A model generated the notes under the pieces. That model saw nothing but the letters and a program-made list of their open reading frames with translations. It was not told where the DNA came from and searched no databases. A stretch of 64,000 bases of DNA from Candidatus Omnitrophota bacterium (lineage in GTDB: Bacteria > Omnitrophota > Gorgyraeia > Duberdicusellales > 4484-171), in assembly GCA_037146775.1 (NCBI GenBank), contig JBAWWL010000008.1:70160-134159 (forward strand), written 5' to 3'. The translations under genes and the position numbers were made by a program. Position 1 is the stretch's first letter, and the number at the start of each line of letters is the position of its first letter. This document shows, piece by piece, positions 48,628 through 58,233 of this stretch.

Positions 48628-50092
48628 ACCTTTTGGCCAATTCTATGAGTTGCCGTTGGGCCTGGCGTATTTGTCAGCATATTTAAAGACAAAAGGTGTG
48701 CATGTTGATTTTTTAAATCTTAATCAGTGCCCTTTTGACGAGGTATTGATCAAGATGTTATCCGAAGCAGATATCGTTTGCACCGGGGGGCTTTCAGTGC
48801 ATTATCATCAAGTTAAAACTATTATCGATATGGCTAAATGCATCAATCCAGCTATAAAAACTATTGTCGGCGGCGGTTTGATAAGTGCAACCGCAGGCAT
48901 AGTGATGCGCGCTCTAAACGCTGACGTTGGGATCATAGGAGAAGGAGAAATAACATTATTTGAAGTCATAAAGGCCATAGAGGAAAAAAGAAAAATAAGC
49001 ACGATTCCAAACGTAATAGCCAATGAAGATGGCGTTTATGTTATTGATACTACTTCCTACCGGACAGAAATAGATAATATAGATACCCTGCCATTCCCGG
49101 ATTATGAAGGATTAGGCATAGAACAATATCTTGATAAACAATTATGCGGTGATGAACATTACCTTTATCCTTTTGATAACCCCCGCGGTATGCCTATCAT
49201 TTCCAGCCGGTCCTGCCCCTTCAACTGCACATTTTGTTTTCATCCTATCGGTCAAAAATACCGGCAAAGGTCGCTGGATAATTTATTCACTGAGATAGAT
49301 TATCTTGTAGAAAGATACCGGATTAATATTCTCTCTATACTTGATGAGCTTTTCTCTTTGGATCACGCGCGCATAAAAGAATTTTGCCGGCGTATCAAAA
49401 AATATAACCTTAGGTGGATGACGCAAATGCGTGTTGACAGCGTTACAGAAGAAATAATCGGCTTACTTAAAGAATCAGGCTGTTTTCAAATCAGCTTCGG
49501 CGTTGAAAGCGCAAGTAATAAGGTTTTAGAAAGCATGAATAAGAAAATCTCTATTGAACAAATAGGCCAGGCTCTTGAATGGTCCTATAACGCAGGGATA
49601 GGAATACAGGGAAACTTTATATTCGGGGATAAGGCCGAAACCCCGGCAACGGCAAAAGAAACACTGGATTGGTGGTTGGCGCATAAAAAATACGCGCTCA
49701 ATTTAACTTATATAATCCCTTACCCGGGAAGCGGGCTTTACAATTACGCAGTGATTAAGGGGATTATCAAGGATGAAACAAAATATCTTACAAATAATTG
49801 TCCTTTCGTAAAGATCACACCAAGCTTTCCGGAAGTTTCTTCTATGCTGGAATCATATAGAAACCAACACAATCACCTACCGGCAATAAACCAGGTATCT
49901 CAAAAGGTTGGATATGATCCAATCAGGGGCGAACTTTATCAGGTTACAGCCGTTTGCCCGCATTGCAAGAAACAGGAAACATATAAAAACTTATATTGGG
50001 GCAGTACCGGGATATCGTTTTTATCTGGGAGAGGTTACCGGATCGGCTGCCGGGATTGTAACCAGAGGTTTGATTTAACAAAGTTTAATTGA
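48596..50092 (+). CDS. B12-binding-domain radical SAM protein
   Basis: N-terminal B12-binding-like Rossmann fold then SRSCPFNCTFC (CxxxCxxC). Start set at MKVLIVAP. Confidence 0.7.
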   Translation: MKVLIVAPRYKPFGQFYELPLGLAYLSAYLKTKGVHVDFLNLNQCPFDEVLIKMLSEADIVCTGGLSVHYHQVKTIIDMAKCINPAIKTIVGGGLISATAGIVMRALNADVGIIGEGEITLFEVIKAIEEKRKISTIPNVIANEDGVYVIDTTSYRTEIDNIDTLPFPDYEGLGIEQYLDKQLCGDEHYLYPFDNPRGMPIISSRSCPFNCTFCFHPIGQKYRQRSLDNLFTEIDYLVERYRINILSILDELFSLDHARIKEFCRRIKKYNLRWMTQMRVDSVTEEIIGLLKESGCFQISFGVESASNKVLESMNKKISIEQIGQALEWSYNAGIGIQGNFIFGDKAETPATAKETLDWWLAHKKYALNLTYIIPYPGSGLYNYAVIKGIIKDETKYLTNNCPFVKITPSFPEVSSMLESYRNQHNHLPAINQVSQKVGYDPIRGELYQVTAVCPHCKKQETYKNLYWGSTGISFLSGRGYRIGCRDCNQRFDLTKFN

Positions 50093-50778
50093 TAATGAGA
50101 ATAGCAATAGCGATAGCAACGAGAGGAAACGATATCTATGCAAAGTTACTGCATTTTTGCTGTGAAGCTGTAAAGAAATATAATTGTGACATAGTTACTT
50201 CTGAAGCTGGTTTTTCTGCTGAACAAGCGCAGACAAATTTATTTCATTACATACTCAGCTGTGATTTTGATTATGTTCTTTTAATAGATAGCGATGTGGC
50301 GGTGCCCTTTGATACGCTGGATAAATTATTAGCCTGTAAAACCGACATTGTTAGCGCCCCGGTACTACATTATGATCCAATGACAAACGACATTCATTGG
50401 AATATATCTTTAGAAATGATTAACCCAACTGAATTTAAAAGATTATATGAGCGTAAAGATTCCGGGGTCGAAGAACTTATGTCATCATCATTTGCATGTC
50501 TTTTACTCAGCAAGAAAGTTTTTCAAATTTTTAAAGACGCCGGAGAAAGTTTTTTTACATGGTCGCCTTTGGTTGATGAAAGATGGAACAGGCGAAATTC
50601 GGACAACATTTTTTTCTTAAAAGCCAAAGCCTTGGGGTTACGATCGTTTGTTTGTTGGGAAATAAAAGGCGCTGTCCACAATAGAACAATTAAATTAACA
50701 GATCAGCTAATAACACACTTTTATGCGCATTGTCCGCAAAAATGTAAATCTGAAATAATAGAGATAAAAAAACCATAA
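50089..50778 (+). CDS. glycosyltransferase-like protein (putative, DSD motif)
   Basis: 229 aa; LLIDSDVAVPFD D-x-D-like motif in nucleotide-sugar-transferase-like context. Confidence 0.35.
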   Translation: MIMRIAIAIATRGNDIYAKLLHFCCEAVKKYNCDIVTSEAGFSAEQAQTNLFHYILSCDFDYVLLIDSDVAVPFDTLDKLLACKTDIVSAPVLHYDPMTNDIHWNISLEMINPTEFKRLYERKDSGVEELMSSSFACLLLSKKVFQIFKDAGESFFTWSPLVDERWNRRNSDNIFFLKAKALGLRSFVCWEIKGAVHNRTIKLTDQLITHFYAHCPQKCKSEIIEIKKP

Positions 50779-50784
50779 TTAGAT

Positions 50785-51498
50785 ATGAATAACGATACAA
50801 AATTATTAGTTATCTGCCCTAGCCGGATACGTCCGGTCCGGCTAAAAGAAATGCTTCAAAGCTTTGATGCCACGAAAAGCGAAGGTACAGATATCGTTGT
50901 TTATGTAGCTGATGATGATCCCACGATAGAAGAATACAAGTCTTTGTTGCAAGGTAGAAATCTTGTTATCGGGCGCCGCCGGCATCTTGTAGAGGTATTG
51001 AATTATATATCCTGCGAGCTTTACCCATGGCTGGCTTATTATGGCGAGATTAACGATGATCATATATATCGCACTCCTGGGTGGGACAAGGTGCTTATAA
51101 ACGCTTTAGAGGCACGTGGAGGAGGTTGGGGAATAGCTTGCGGAACTGATCATATAAATGATAACTGGTATAAGTTCAGACATCCAAGCGCTTGTGTAAT
51201 ATCCGGAAAGATGGTTAGAACACTTGGGTTTTTTGTTTTACCGCTTTTACAGCACATGTGGACCGATGTTTTTTTAAGGGATATTTCCGAAGGCATAGGA
51301 AGATTATACTTTTGTCCGGAAGTGGTAACAGAGCACATGCATATAAGTACCGGCAAAGCCAGAAACGATGCTAACTATAAGTGGGTATATTCACCGGAAC
51401 AAATGAAGTTTGGCCAAGAAAACTACGAAAAATGGAAACGGGAACATTATATACAAACCATCGATAAATTAAAAAAGGCCATAGAAAATGACCGTTGA
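50785..51498 (+). CDS. glycosyltransferase-like protein (putative GT2-like)
   Basis: LLVICPSRIRP...VVYVADDDP pattern. Confidence 0.35.
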   Translation: MNNDTKLLVICPSRIRPVRLKEMLQSFDATKSEGTDIVVYVADDDPTIEEYKSLLQGRNLVIGRRRHLVEVLNYISCELYPWLAYYGEINDDHIYRTPGWDKVLINALEARGGGWGIACGTDHINDNWYKFRHPSACVISGKMVRTLGFFVLPLLQHMWTDVFLRDISEGIGRLYFCPEVVTEHMHISTGKARNDANYKWVYSPEQMKFGQENYEKWKREHYIQTIDKLKKAIENDR

Positions 51499-52120
51499 CA
51501 TAGCTATACCTACTTATTGCAGGCCTCAAAAACTTTCTTGGCTTATTAAATCTATTCTTGTGAATGATTACCCGGGATATCGAATAATCATTATCCCTGA
51601 TTACGAGAGAAAACATGTATTCAGGTTGATCAATGAAGCATCTCAAAAGAGCGATGCAGATATATTTTTGGGTATATCCGATGATACAGAATTTGAACGT
51701 GACGTTATTATTTCGGCAGTTTCTTCTATGAAAGAACATTTTCCTGATACCGATGGAATTATCTATATGAATTGGTTAAATCTTCCCAATGTATGCAAGG
51801 GGGCTATCGCTTTTACCGGTAAAAAATTCCGTGAAAGGTTTCCTGATAAGTTTATATATTGTCCGGACTATATAAGTCTTTATGCTGATGATGAGCTTGG
51901 AAGGTATGCAGAGTCAATAAATAAGTTAGCTTTTTGTTCCGATACAGGATTGCATCATTACCATCCATCAGCTTATCCGGATCAGGTTGATATAACTCAT
52001 AAACTTGGAAGAGTAAATCAGCCGCACGACTTGGATGTTAGATCGTTAAGGAAAGCCAAGGGTTATCTTTGGGGAAAAGATTTCAATTTGGTAACAACAG
52101 ATTTAGAAAGAATTTTATAG
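51488..52120 (+). CDS. glycosyltransferase family 2 protein
   Basis: IAIPTYCRPQKL (IPTYNR-type) N-terminal motif and DxD region. Confidence 0.6.
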   Translation: MTVDIAIPTYCRPQKLSWLIKSILVNDYPGYRIIIIPDYERKHVFRLINEASQKSDADIFLGISDDTEFERDVIISAVSSMKEHFPDTDGIIYMNWLNLPNVCKGAIAFTGKKFRERFPDKFIYCPDYISLYADDELGRYAESINKLAFCSDTGLHHYHPSAYPDQVDITHKLGRVNQPHDLDVRSLRKAKGYLWGKDFNLVTTDLERIL

Positions 52121-52137
52121 AATCAAGAGTTTTCGAG

Positions 52138-53298
52138 ATGAATAAATTTATCGTAGTCAGTTACTATACAAAAAACACAAGTTATCAAAATAGCGTAGAG
52201 AGGTTAAGGCAGTCTTTGGATAAACTTAATATTAATTATCACATCCAGCCAATCGACAACCTGGGCAGCTGGGATAAAAACACCCACTATAAAGCAAGCT
52301 TTATTTTAGAAATGCTAGATAAGTATCCGGACAAGAACATAGTTTTTATAGACGCCGATGCGATAGTACATAGTTACCCTGATCTCTTTGACGTCCTGGA
52401 TGTTGATTTTGCTGTTCATTACTTCCGCGGCCGGCAACTGGCTTCCGGTACGCTGTTCTTTAAGAATAACACTATATCCAGGGAGCTATTAAAAGCATGG
52501 ATAGAGAGAAACAATCAAGACAAAACAAACCTGGATCAGCAAAATCTACAGAATATCATTGAAGAGGTTTGGAAATACAAGATAACAATTTTCGATTTAC
52601 CACCGGAATATTGCACTATCTTTGATATGAGAGAACGAATCCCACGCCCAATTATTGAGCATTTTCAGCTTTCCCGGGAAGGCCGCATAGAAGTTAATTT
52701 ATATCATAGGGAACACGAGAAATACTCAAAACAATGGAAAGATGGATATCAACGTTCTGCCTGCGCTGTGCCTTTAGGCTATTATATTGCAGCAAAAGCA
52801 CAGAAACATTGGAAGCTGCTTGACATCGGCTGTGGAGACGGAACAACTATTAATATTTTAAATAGATTAGGATTCTGCTGCTACGGTACGGATATAACCT
52901 TGAATGGATTAATAGGCAAGCCAATTTATACTTATAAAAACACACCAATTCCAGAAAATCTGATTACAGAGGCTCCTATATGGAATATTCCATGCAAAGA
53001 CGATGAATTTGATTTTACTTTTTCAACGGATATGCTTGAGCATTTACCACCGGAACTTATAAACAAATCAATCAAAGAAATATACCGTATATCAAAATTA
53101 AAGACATATCATTGCATTGCAAATTTCAGCCATATTTTATCTAATCAAGAAATGCACTTGACTATCCGCCCGTTCGAATGGTGGCAAAAGCATTTTGAAG
53201 CGCTTAACTTTAAAAAGATAGATACCAGGATAGATGATCGCAAGGATTTTATGCTTAGCCCACTGACACGGATAGGGGGTAATGAAAATGGCATTTAA
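52138..53298 (+). CDS. nucleotide-sugar-transferase-like domain fused to class I SAM methyltransferase
   Basis: C-terminal LLDIGCGDGTTINIL motif I; N-terminal GT8/DUF-like transferase fold features (IVFIDADAIV). Confidence 0.5.
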   Translation: MNKFIVVSYYTKNTSYQNSVERLRQSLDKLNINYHIQPIDNLGSWDKNTHYKASFILEMLDKYPDKNIVFIDADAIVHSYPDLFDVLDVDFAVHYFRGRQLASGTLFFKNNTISRELLKAWIERNNQDKTNLDQQNLQNIIEEVWKYKITIFDLPPEYCTIFDMRERIPRPIIEHFQLSREGRIEVNLYHREHEKYSKQWKDGYQRSACAVPLGYYIAAKAQKHWKLLDIGCGDGTTINILNRLGFCCYGTDITLNGLIGKPIYTYKNTPIPENLITEAPIWNIPCKDDEFDFTFSTDMLEHLPPELINKSIKEIYRISKLKTYHCIANFSHILSNQEMHLTIRPFEWWQKHFEALNFKKIDTRIDDRKDFMLSPLTRIGGNENGI

Positions 53299-53473
53299 TT
53301 TAAGATGTATGATCTGCGGCAATGAGCATAAAGCTAGAAAGGATAAATTCCCTGTAGTTTATGCTATCCAAGATAAAGATGCTAAGACCGGAGCAGTCAT
53401 CGAAAAAATATTAGGTCATGTCTGTAAAAAATGCGTTCGGAAGGCACGTAAGCACGGAGGAAGGATACAATGA
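53282..53473 (+). CDS. small zinc-ribbon protein
   Basis: CMICGNEH...CKKCVRK. Confidence 0.35.
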   Translation: MKMAFNLRCMICGNEHKARKDKFPVVYAIQDKDAKTGAVIEKILGHVCKKCVRKARKHGGRIQ

Positions 53474-53670
53474 TGTGGCTGCTTACGGCTTTGTCGATTG
53501 TTGGGGTAGTGCTTAATATACAAAAGAACAGGTCCTGTTTTAAGATCTGGGTTTTTACTAATGCATCCTGGTGCGTGTATGATTTTCTTATAAAAGCTTA
53601 CGCCCAAAGTTTTTTATTTCTTGTGTACACGGCTTTAGCGGTATGGGGTTTCGTTAAATGGAAAAAGTAA
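53470..53670 (+). CDS. small two-TM membrane protein
   Basis: 66 aa. Confidence 0.35.
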   Translation: MMWLLTALSIVGVVLNIQKNRSCFKIWVFTNASWCVYDFLIKAYAQSFLFLVYTALAVWGFVKWKK

Positions 53671-53691
53671 TAATCAAAAAGGAGGGAGAAG

Positions 53692-54135
53692 ATGAAGCAG
53701 GTTACTCGAAAACAAAAGACAAGTTCGCCAAGGTTTCTTGACAACGAGAATGGCACAATCACCGATACGAAGACCGGGCTTATCTGGGTTAAAAATCCGC
53801 ATACTGATTTGCCGGAAGAGTTTAAGAATTACATGACCTGGAAGCAAGCTGTAGACGCTTGTAAGAAGCTTAACTATGCCGGCAATAAAGACTGGCGGTT
53901 GCCTACGGTAGAGGAGTTAAGAGAGCTTGTAGATTACGCACGCGGCAGTAAGTCCGAAGAGCCAGCAATAGATACATCAGTCTTTCCGGATACTAAATGC
54001 AACTGGTACTGGACATCTACTTCCTGTGCCTGGGATCCGAGCAGCGCTTGGGTAGTGGATTTCTATGGCGGCGACGTGGGCAACGGCGGTAAGGGCAACA
54101 GTAACTATGTACGTCCGGTTCGTTCCAGCCAGTGA
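53692..54135 (+). CDS. DGR target protein, DUF1566 (C-type-lectin-fold) family, variable region at C-terminus
   Basis: WRLPTVEELRELV and NWYWTSTS motifs of DUF1566. The last 106 nt (54027-54132) are a mutated copy of the TR. Confidence 0.75.
   Translation: MKQVTRKQKTSSPRFLDNENGTITDTKTGLIWVKNPHTDLPEEFKNYMTWKQAVDACKKLNYAGNKDWRLPTVEELRELVDYARGSKSEEPAIDTSVFPDTKCNWYWTSTSCAWDPSSAWVVDFYGGDVGNGGKGNSNYVRPVRSSQ
54027..54132 (+). repeat. DGR variable region (VR)
   Basis: 106-nt match to TR 54657-54762; 15 differences, all at TR adenine positions. Confidence 0.85.
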
Positions 54136-54169
54136 GTTGAAGTTTTGACTTTTTTGACGAGGTTAAAAA

Positions 54170-54544
54170 ATGAGTTTATATGAACAACTTCCGGTTTATA
54201 AATCAGCCTTAGATTTAGCGGTGTATTTTGAAAAGATAGTTAGTAATTTTGAGCGTTCTCACAAGTTCACGATTGGAGCTGATTTAAAAAACCTCTCTCG
54301 CCGGATTCTTGTTTTGGTTGCTAAAGCCAACACTAAGCAATCAAGAAAAGAATGTCTTGTCGAGGTATTAGATAAACTGGAAGAGCTTAAAATTATCATT
54401 CATCTTTGCAAGGAGATAAAAGCATTCCGTTCTTTAAACAGTTTTGAATTTGCAACAAAGTCAGTAATCGAAGTATCGAAACAATGCGAAGGGTGGTTAA
54501 GAAGCCAGAATTTCTCAGGTGTAAAACTTGAGGAAGCGAGCTAA
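54170..54544 (+). CDS. avd: Avd-like accessory variability determinant (four-helix-bundle protein)
   Basis: 124 aa, all-helical, basic; matches the four-helix-bundle/Avd family pattern; positioned between target and TR as in BPP-1. Confidence 0.65.
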   Translation: MSLYEQLPVYKSALDLAVYFEKIVSNFERSHKFTIGADLKNLSRRILVLVAKANTKQSRKECLVEVLDKLEELKIIIHLCKEIKAFRSLNSFEFATKSVIEVSKQCEGWLRSQNFSGVKLEEAS

Positions 54545-54656
54545 AGAAGTCACTGGGCGCTTATTCCACCAGGATTGGTATAAGAATGCAGGAAGTAGTA
54601 CTGAAGGGATCTGCTTTCGGAGGCCTTAAAACGGCAAGAAGTGAATAAGCAAAAGT

Positions 54657-54762
54657 TGCCTGGAATCCGAGCAGCGCTTGGATAGTGAATTTCAATAACG
54701 GCAACGTGAACAACAACAATAAGGACAACAATAACTATGTACGTCCGGTTCGTTCCAGCCAG
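54657..54762 (+). other. DGR template region (TR)
   Basis: Non-coding copy of the target gene 3' end, rich in AAC/AAT triplets; its 3' end overlaps the RT start. Confidence 0.85.
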
Positions 54763-55834
54763 CGGCTCAAAAAGTGGAATATTCTCTTACAGGAATATCT
54801 ACCGGAGTTATCTTGATTGCCGGCGCAAAAAACGCAATACTTATAATGCGCTAAAGTTTGAGATTAACGCCGAAGAGAATATTCTTAAGTTAGAGCAATC
54901 ATTAAAGAACAAAACTTACCACCCTTCGCGTTCTATTCTTTTTGCCGCCAAGAAACCTAAATTACGAGAAATATTCGCCGCTGATTTTAAAGATAGGGTA
55001 GTTCACCATATCCTGGTTAATGAACTTGAAAAGATATGGGAGCCTATCTTTATTTACGATTCCTACGCCTGCCGCGATGGGAAAGGAACACACAGGGCAG
55101 TAGCTAGATTGCAGAAATTTTTGCGTAGCGCGACAACAAACGGTAAAGTCCGGGCATATTATTTGCAGCTGGATATTAAAGACTTTTTTACAAGCATAGA
55201 CAAGAAAACACTCTTTTCTTTGATCAGCCGGAAAGTATCGAATCCGGACGTTCTCTGGCTTGTGGATGTGATCCTTTTCTGGGATTGCACTAAGTCATAT
55301 ACACCTAAAGGGCCTAAACAAATATTGCTTAATATCCCACCTAACAAAAGCCTTTTTGATAAAGATAATTTACGCGGTTTGCCTATAGGTAATCTTACCA
55401 GTCAATTCTTTGCAAATATTTACTTGAACACCCTAGATCAATTCGTGAAGCATAATCTCAAAGCAAAATATTATCTGCGTTACGTAGATGACTTTGTATT
55501 GTTAAGTAGGGATAAAGACGAGCTCCTGCGATGGAAAGAAGAAATCAAAAACTTCCTGGCTAATACCCTAAGTCTACAACTACACCCTAAACGTCAAAAG
55601 CTTCAACCGGTATCCAATGGCATAGATTTCTTGGGTTATATTACTCGGCACAACTATATCTTGGTTAGGCGTAGGGTAGTCAATAATCTTAAGGCGCTAA
55701 TTGAAGCTTTTACAAAGTCAAAAGTTAAAGATTTCAAAAAGTTTAACGATTCAATAGCTTCATACCTAGGACATTTCAAGTGGGCAAATACTTTTAGGTT
55801 GAAGAATAAACTAGGGTTATCTTATGCAAATTAG
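54737..55834 (+). CDS. DGR reverse transcriptase (bRT-like)
   Basis: Motif-by-motif similarity to Bordetella phage bRT: DFKDRVVHHIL, DSYACRDGKGTHRAV, LQLDIKDFFTSID, LPIGNLTSQFFANIY, YLRYVDDFVLL (YxDD), IDFLGYI. Confidence 0.85.
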   Translation: MYVRFVPASGSKSGIFSYRNIYRSYLDCRRKKRNTYNALKFEINAEENILKLEQSLKNKTYHPSRSILFAAKKPKLREIFAADFKDRVVHHILVNELEKIWEPIFIYDSYACRDGKGTHRAVARLQKFLRSATTNGKVRAYYLQLDIKDFFTSIDKKTLFSLISRKVSNPDVLWLVDVILFWDCTKSYTPKGPKQILLNIPPNKSLFDKDNLRGLPIGNLTSQFFANIYLNTLDQFVKHNLKAKYYLRYVDDFVLLSRDKDELLRWKEEIKNFLANTLSLQLHPKRQKLQPVSNGIDFLGYITRHNYILVRRRVVNNLKALIEAFTKSKVKDFKKFNDSIASYLGHFKWANTFRLKNKLGLSYAN

Positions 55835-56204
55835 TTTTTTTATAGATGTATCGCCATCATCTTTAAACACCACGCAGTGCCAACACTGGACAGCGCGATA
55901 CAAAGATCGTAATAGATGGAGAGAATTAATATTCGAACACTGGATGTTAAACAAACGGTACGTATTTACTAAGCCGGTAAAGGTGTTATATATTTTAAGT
56001 TTTCCAGATAGACGCCAGCGCGATAAAGATAACTATATCGGCGGCATGAAAAATATCACTGACGCATTAAAGAAAACATTTATAACTCGGGACGACGCAA
56101 GTTGGCTTAGGAACGTCGATGTAGCCTTCATAAAAGGCCCTCAAGGATTAAGAGTTCTCATTGACGAGGTAACCGAAGCGGAAAACAGAGGAAATGTAAG
56201 TTAA
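55824..56204 (+). CDS. rusA: RusA-like Holliday junction resolvase
   Basis: 126 aa; PDRRQRDKDNYIGGMKNITDAL matches the RusA catalytic D-x-D-N region. Confidence 0.55.
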   Translation: MQISFFIDVSPSSLNTTQCQHWTARYKDRNRWRELIFEHWMLNKRYVFTKPVKVLYILSFPDRRQRDKDNYIGGMKNITDALKKTFITRDDASWLRNVDVAFIKGPQGLRVLIDEVTEAENRGNVS

Positions 56205-56205
56205 A

Positions 56206-57273
56206 ATGACTAAGTATCTTTTTGACGGACACAAATTAATTTGGCACATGGATAGAGTTCATAAGCATTACAAGCTTGGTAAACGTATCCCACCTATTCA
56301 TATAGATATTGGAGTTACAAAGCTATGCAATGCACGGTGTGTTTATTGCTACGGTATCTTTCAAAAGTTAAGTGGTGATATTATCCCTAAGTCTACGCTA
56401 ATGAGGCTCTTTAAGGACGCTCCCACTTGTGGGGTTAAGTCTTTAGCTATTATTGGCGACGGCGATCCTACATTAAACTCCGGAATCTATGATGCAATAA
56501 CCGTTGGCAAGGATAGCGGGCTTGACATAGCTTTTGGAACTAACGGTATTCTGCTTGATGATGATAAGTTGTTATGCCTTTTATCTTCCTGCGCGTGGTT
56601 AAGGTTTAATCTTTCGGCAGTAGATAAGCAAAGATATTTAGATATTCACGGCGTAGACAAGTGGGGGCAAGTTAAAGGGAATATCATAAGAGCGGCAGAG
56701 CTTAAAAGTAGGTACGGCCTTAAATGCACGATTGGTTTGCAAATGGTGTTGATACCTGATTGCGTTGAGCAAGTCATACCGGAAGCGCAATTTGCTTTAG
56801 ACACCGGAGTTGACTATTTCGTTATTAAGCAATTCAGCGACCCGCAATGTGATGAAATGTCAAGGTTTTCTCTGACTTGGTATGATAACCCCGAGGTGTT
56901 AGATATCCTTAAACGCGCCGAGGCAATGTCAACGGATAAGACAGCGATTATTCCAAAATGGAACACAATATCATCTAAAGGTGTGAGGCCCTACGACCAT
57001 TGCGTTGACTGCCCGCTTATTTTCCAGATTAGCGGAAACGGAAAAGCCTACCCTTGCGGCTATCTGTTTGGCGATGATAGGTATTGCTATGGCGATTTAA
57101 ATAAACAATCGCTGGGCGAGATTTTATACAGCGAGCATTATTGGGGAGTAATTAAATATATGCGCGAGAGGTTTGATGTGCATAAGGATTGCGCGGGGTG
57201 CTGTCGTCATGACCACAGTAACAAGTTTATTTGGGGATACTTACATCCACCGGTACACTTAAATTTCATTTAG
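56206..57273 (+). CDS. radical SAM protein with C-terminal Cys-rich (SPASM/twitch-like) region
   Basis: CNARCVYC CxxxCxxC; C-terminal CVDC...PCGY...CAGCC. Confidence 0.7.
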   Translation: MTKYLFDGHKLIWHMDRVHKHYKLGKRIPPIHIDIGVTKLCNARCVYCYGIFQKLSGDIIPKSTLMRLFKDAPTCGVKSLAIIGDGDPTLNSGIYDAITVGKDSGLDIAFGTNGILLDDDKLLCLLSSCAWLRFNLSAVDKQRYLDIHGVDKWGQVKGNIIRAAELKSRYGLKCTIGLQMVLIPDCVEQVIPEAQFALDTGVDYFVIKQFSDPQCDEMSRFSLTWYDNPEVLDILKRAEAMSTDKTAIIPKWNTISSKGVRPYDHCVDCPLIFQISGNGKAYPCGYLFGDDRYCYGDLNKQSLGEILYSEHYWGVIKYMRERFDVHKDCAGCCRHDHSNKFIWGYLHPPVHLNFI

Positions 57274-57280
57274 GAGGCTT

Positions 57281-57664
57281 ATGAAACATAAAACAAATAT
57301 TGATATGAGCTTAGGTGATGTGATTGACAGGTTGACTATTCTTTCAAGAAAGATATTTTTCGGCGCCGAGGGGGCATATAAAGAGCATACTTATCTTACC
57401 GAGGGTATAGATAGGCTTGGGATTAAGCTATCCGGCGCTCTCCTTGCCGTAATTATCCGCATAAACCAGATGAATATAGAAATATGGAACTTGGAAAATT
57501 CTATCCGTAACGACACCGAAGACAAAATGGACAATGCCGAGGTTGGCAGACGCGCCAAGCTGATACGCGATTACAACAAGAAGCGGATCGAATACAAAAA
57601 CGAAATTAACCGTCTTACTGAAATGGGGTTTCGTGAGTTCAAAACAAAACACAGAAGCCAATGA
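57281..57664 (+). CDS. phage hypothetical protein
   Basis: 127 aa helical. Confidence 0.4.
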   Translation: MKHKTNIDMSLGDVIDRLTILSRKIFFGAEGAYKEHTYLTEGIDRLGIKLSGALLAVIIRINQMNIEIWNLENSIRNDTEDKMDNAEVGRRAKLIRDYNKKRIEYKNEINRLTEMGFREFKTKHRSQ

Positions 57665-58233
57665 TAAAACAAGAACTTATTGATTTTGAAGACGAAATAG
57701 CCGAGTTGTTCAAGGCTAAAAAAATAAAATGCCCTATTCACTTAAGCGGGGGTAATGAAGACGAACTTATAAGTATTTTTAAGAACATATCGCCAAAGGA
57801 TTATGTATTTTCTACTCACAGGAACCATTACCATTATCTACTTCATACCGGGGCAGCGGAAAGATTGAAGAAACAGATACTATCTGGTGACAGTATGCAC
57901 ACCTGCGACCCAGAGCATAATTTCTATTCTTCATCTATTGTGTCTGGGTGCGTGGCAATTGCCTGTGGGGTGGCGTTGGCGTTGAAGATGAAGAAAAGCA
58001 AACAAAAGGTTTGGTGCTTTGTCGGTGATGCCGGTACTGATGAGGGTTGGTTTTGGGAGGCATTAAGGTATTCGGCAGGCTTGCCGATAACTTTTGTGGT
58101 AGAAGATAACAATAGATCAGTTTTTGCCACCAACAAGCAACGTTGGGGGGGTATGAAGAAAGTTAATATTATTGCTTATAAATATAAATGCGGTTGGCCG
58201 CACGTCGGTTGTGGTGAATGGGTAACATTTTGA
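57661..58233 (+). CDS. TPP-dependent enzyme, E1-alpha/transketolase-N-like subunit
   Basis: GDAGTDEGWFWEAL resembles the TPP-binding GDG...E...N motif region. Confidence 0.5.
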   Translation: MIKQELIDFEDEIAELFKAKKIKCPIHLSGGNEDELISIFKNISPKDYVFSTHRNHYHYLLHTGAAERLKKQILSGDSMHTCDPEHNFYSSSIVSGCVAIACGVALALKMKKSKQKVWCFVGDAGTDEGWFWEALRYSAGLPITFVVEDNNRSVFATNKQRWGGMKKVNIIAYKYKCGWPHVGCGEWVTF

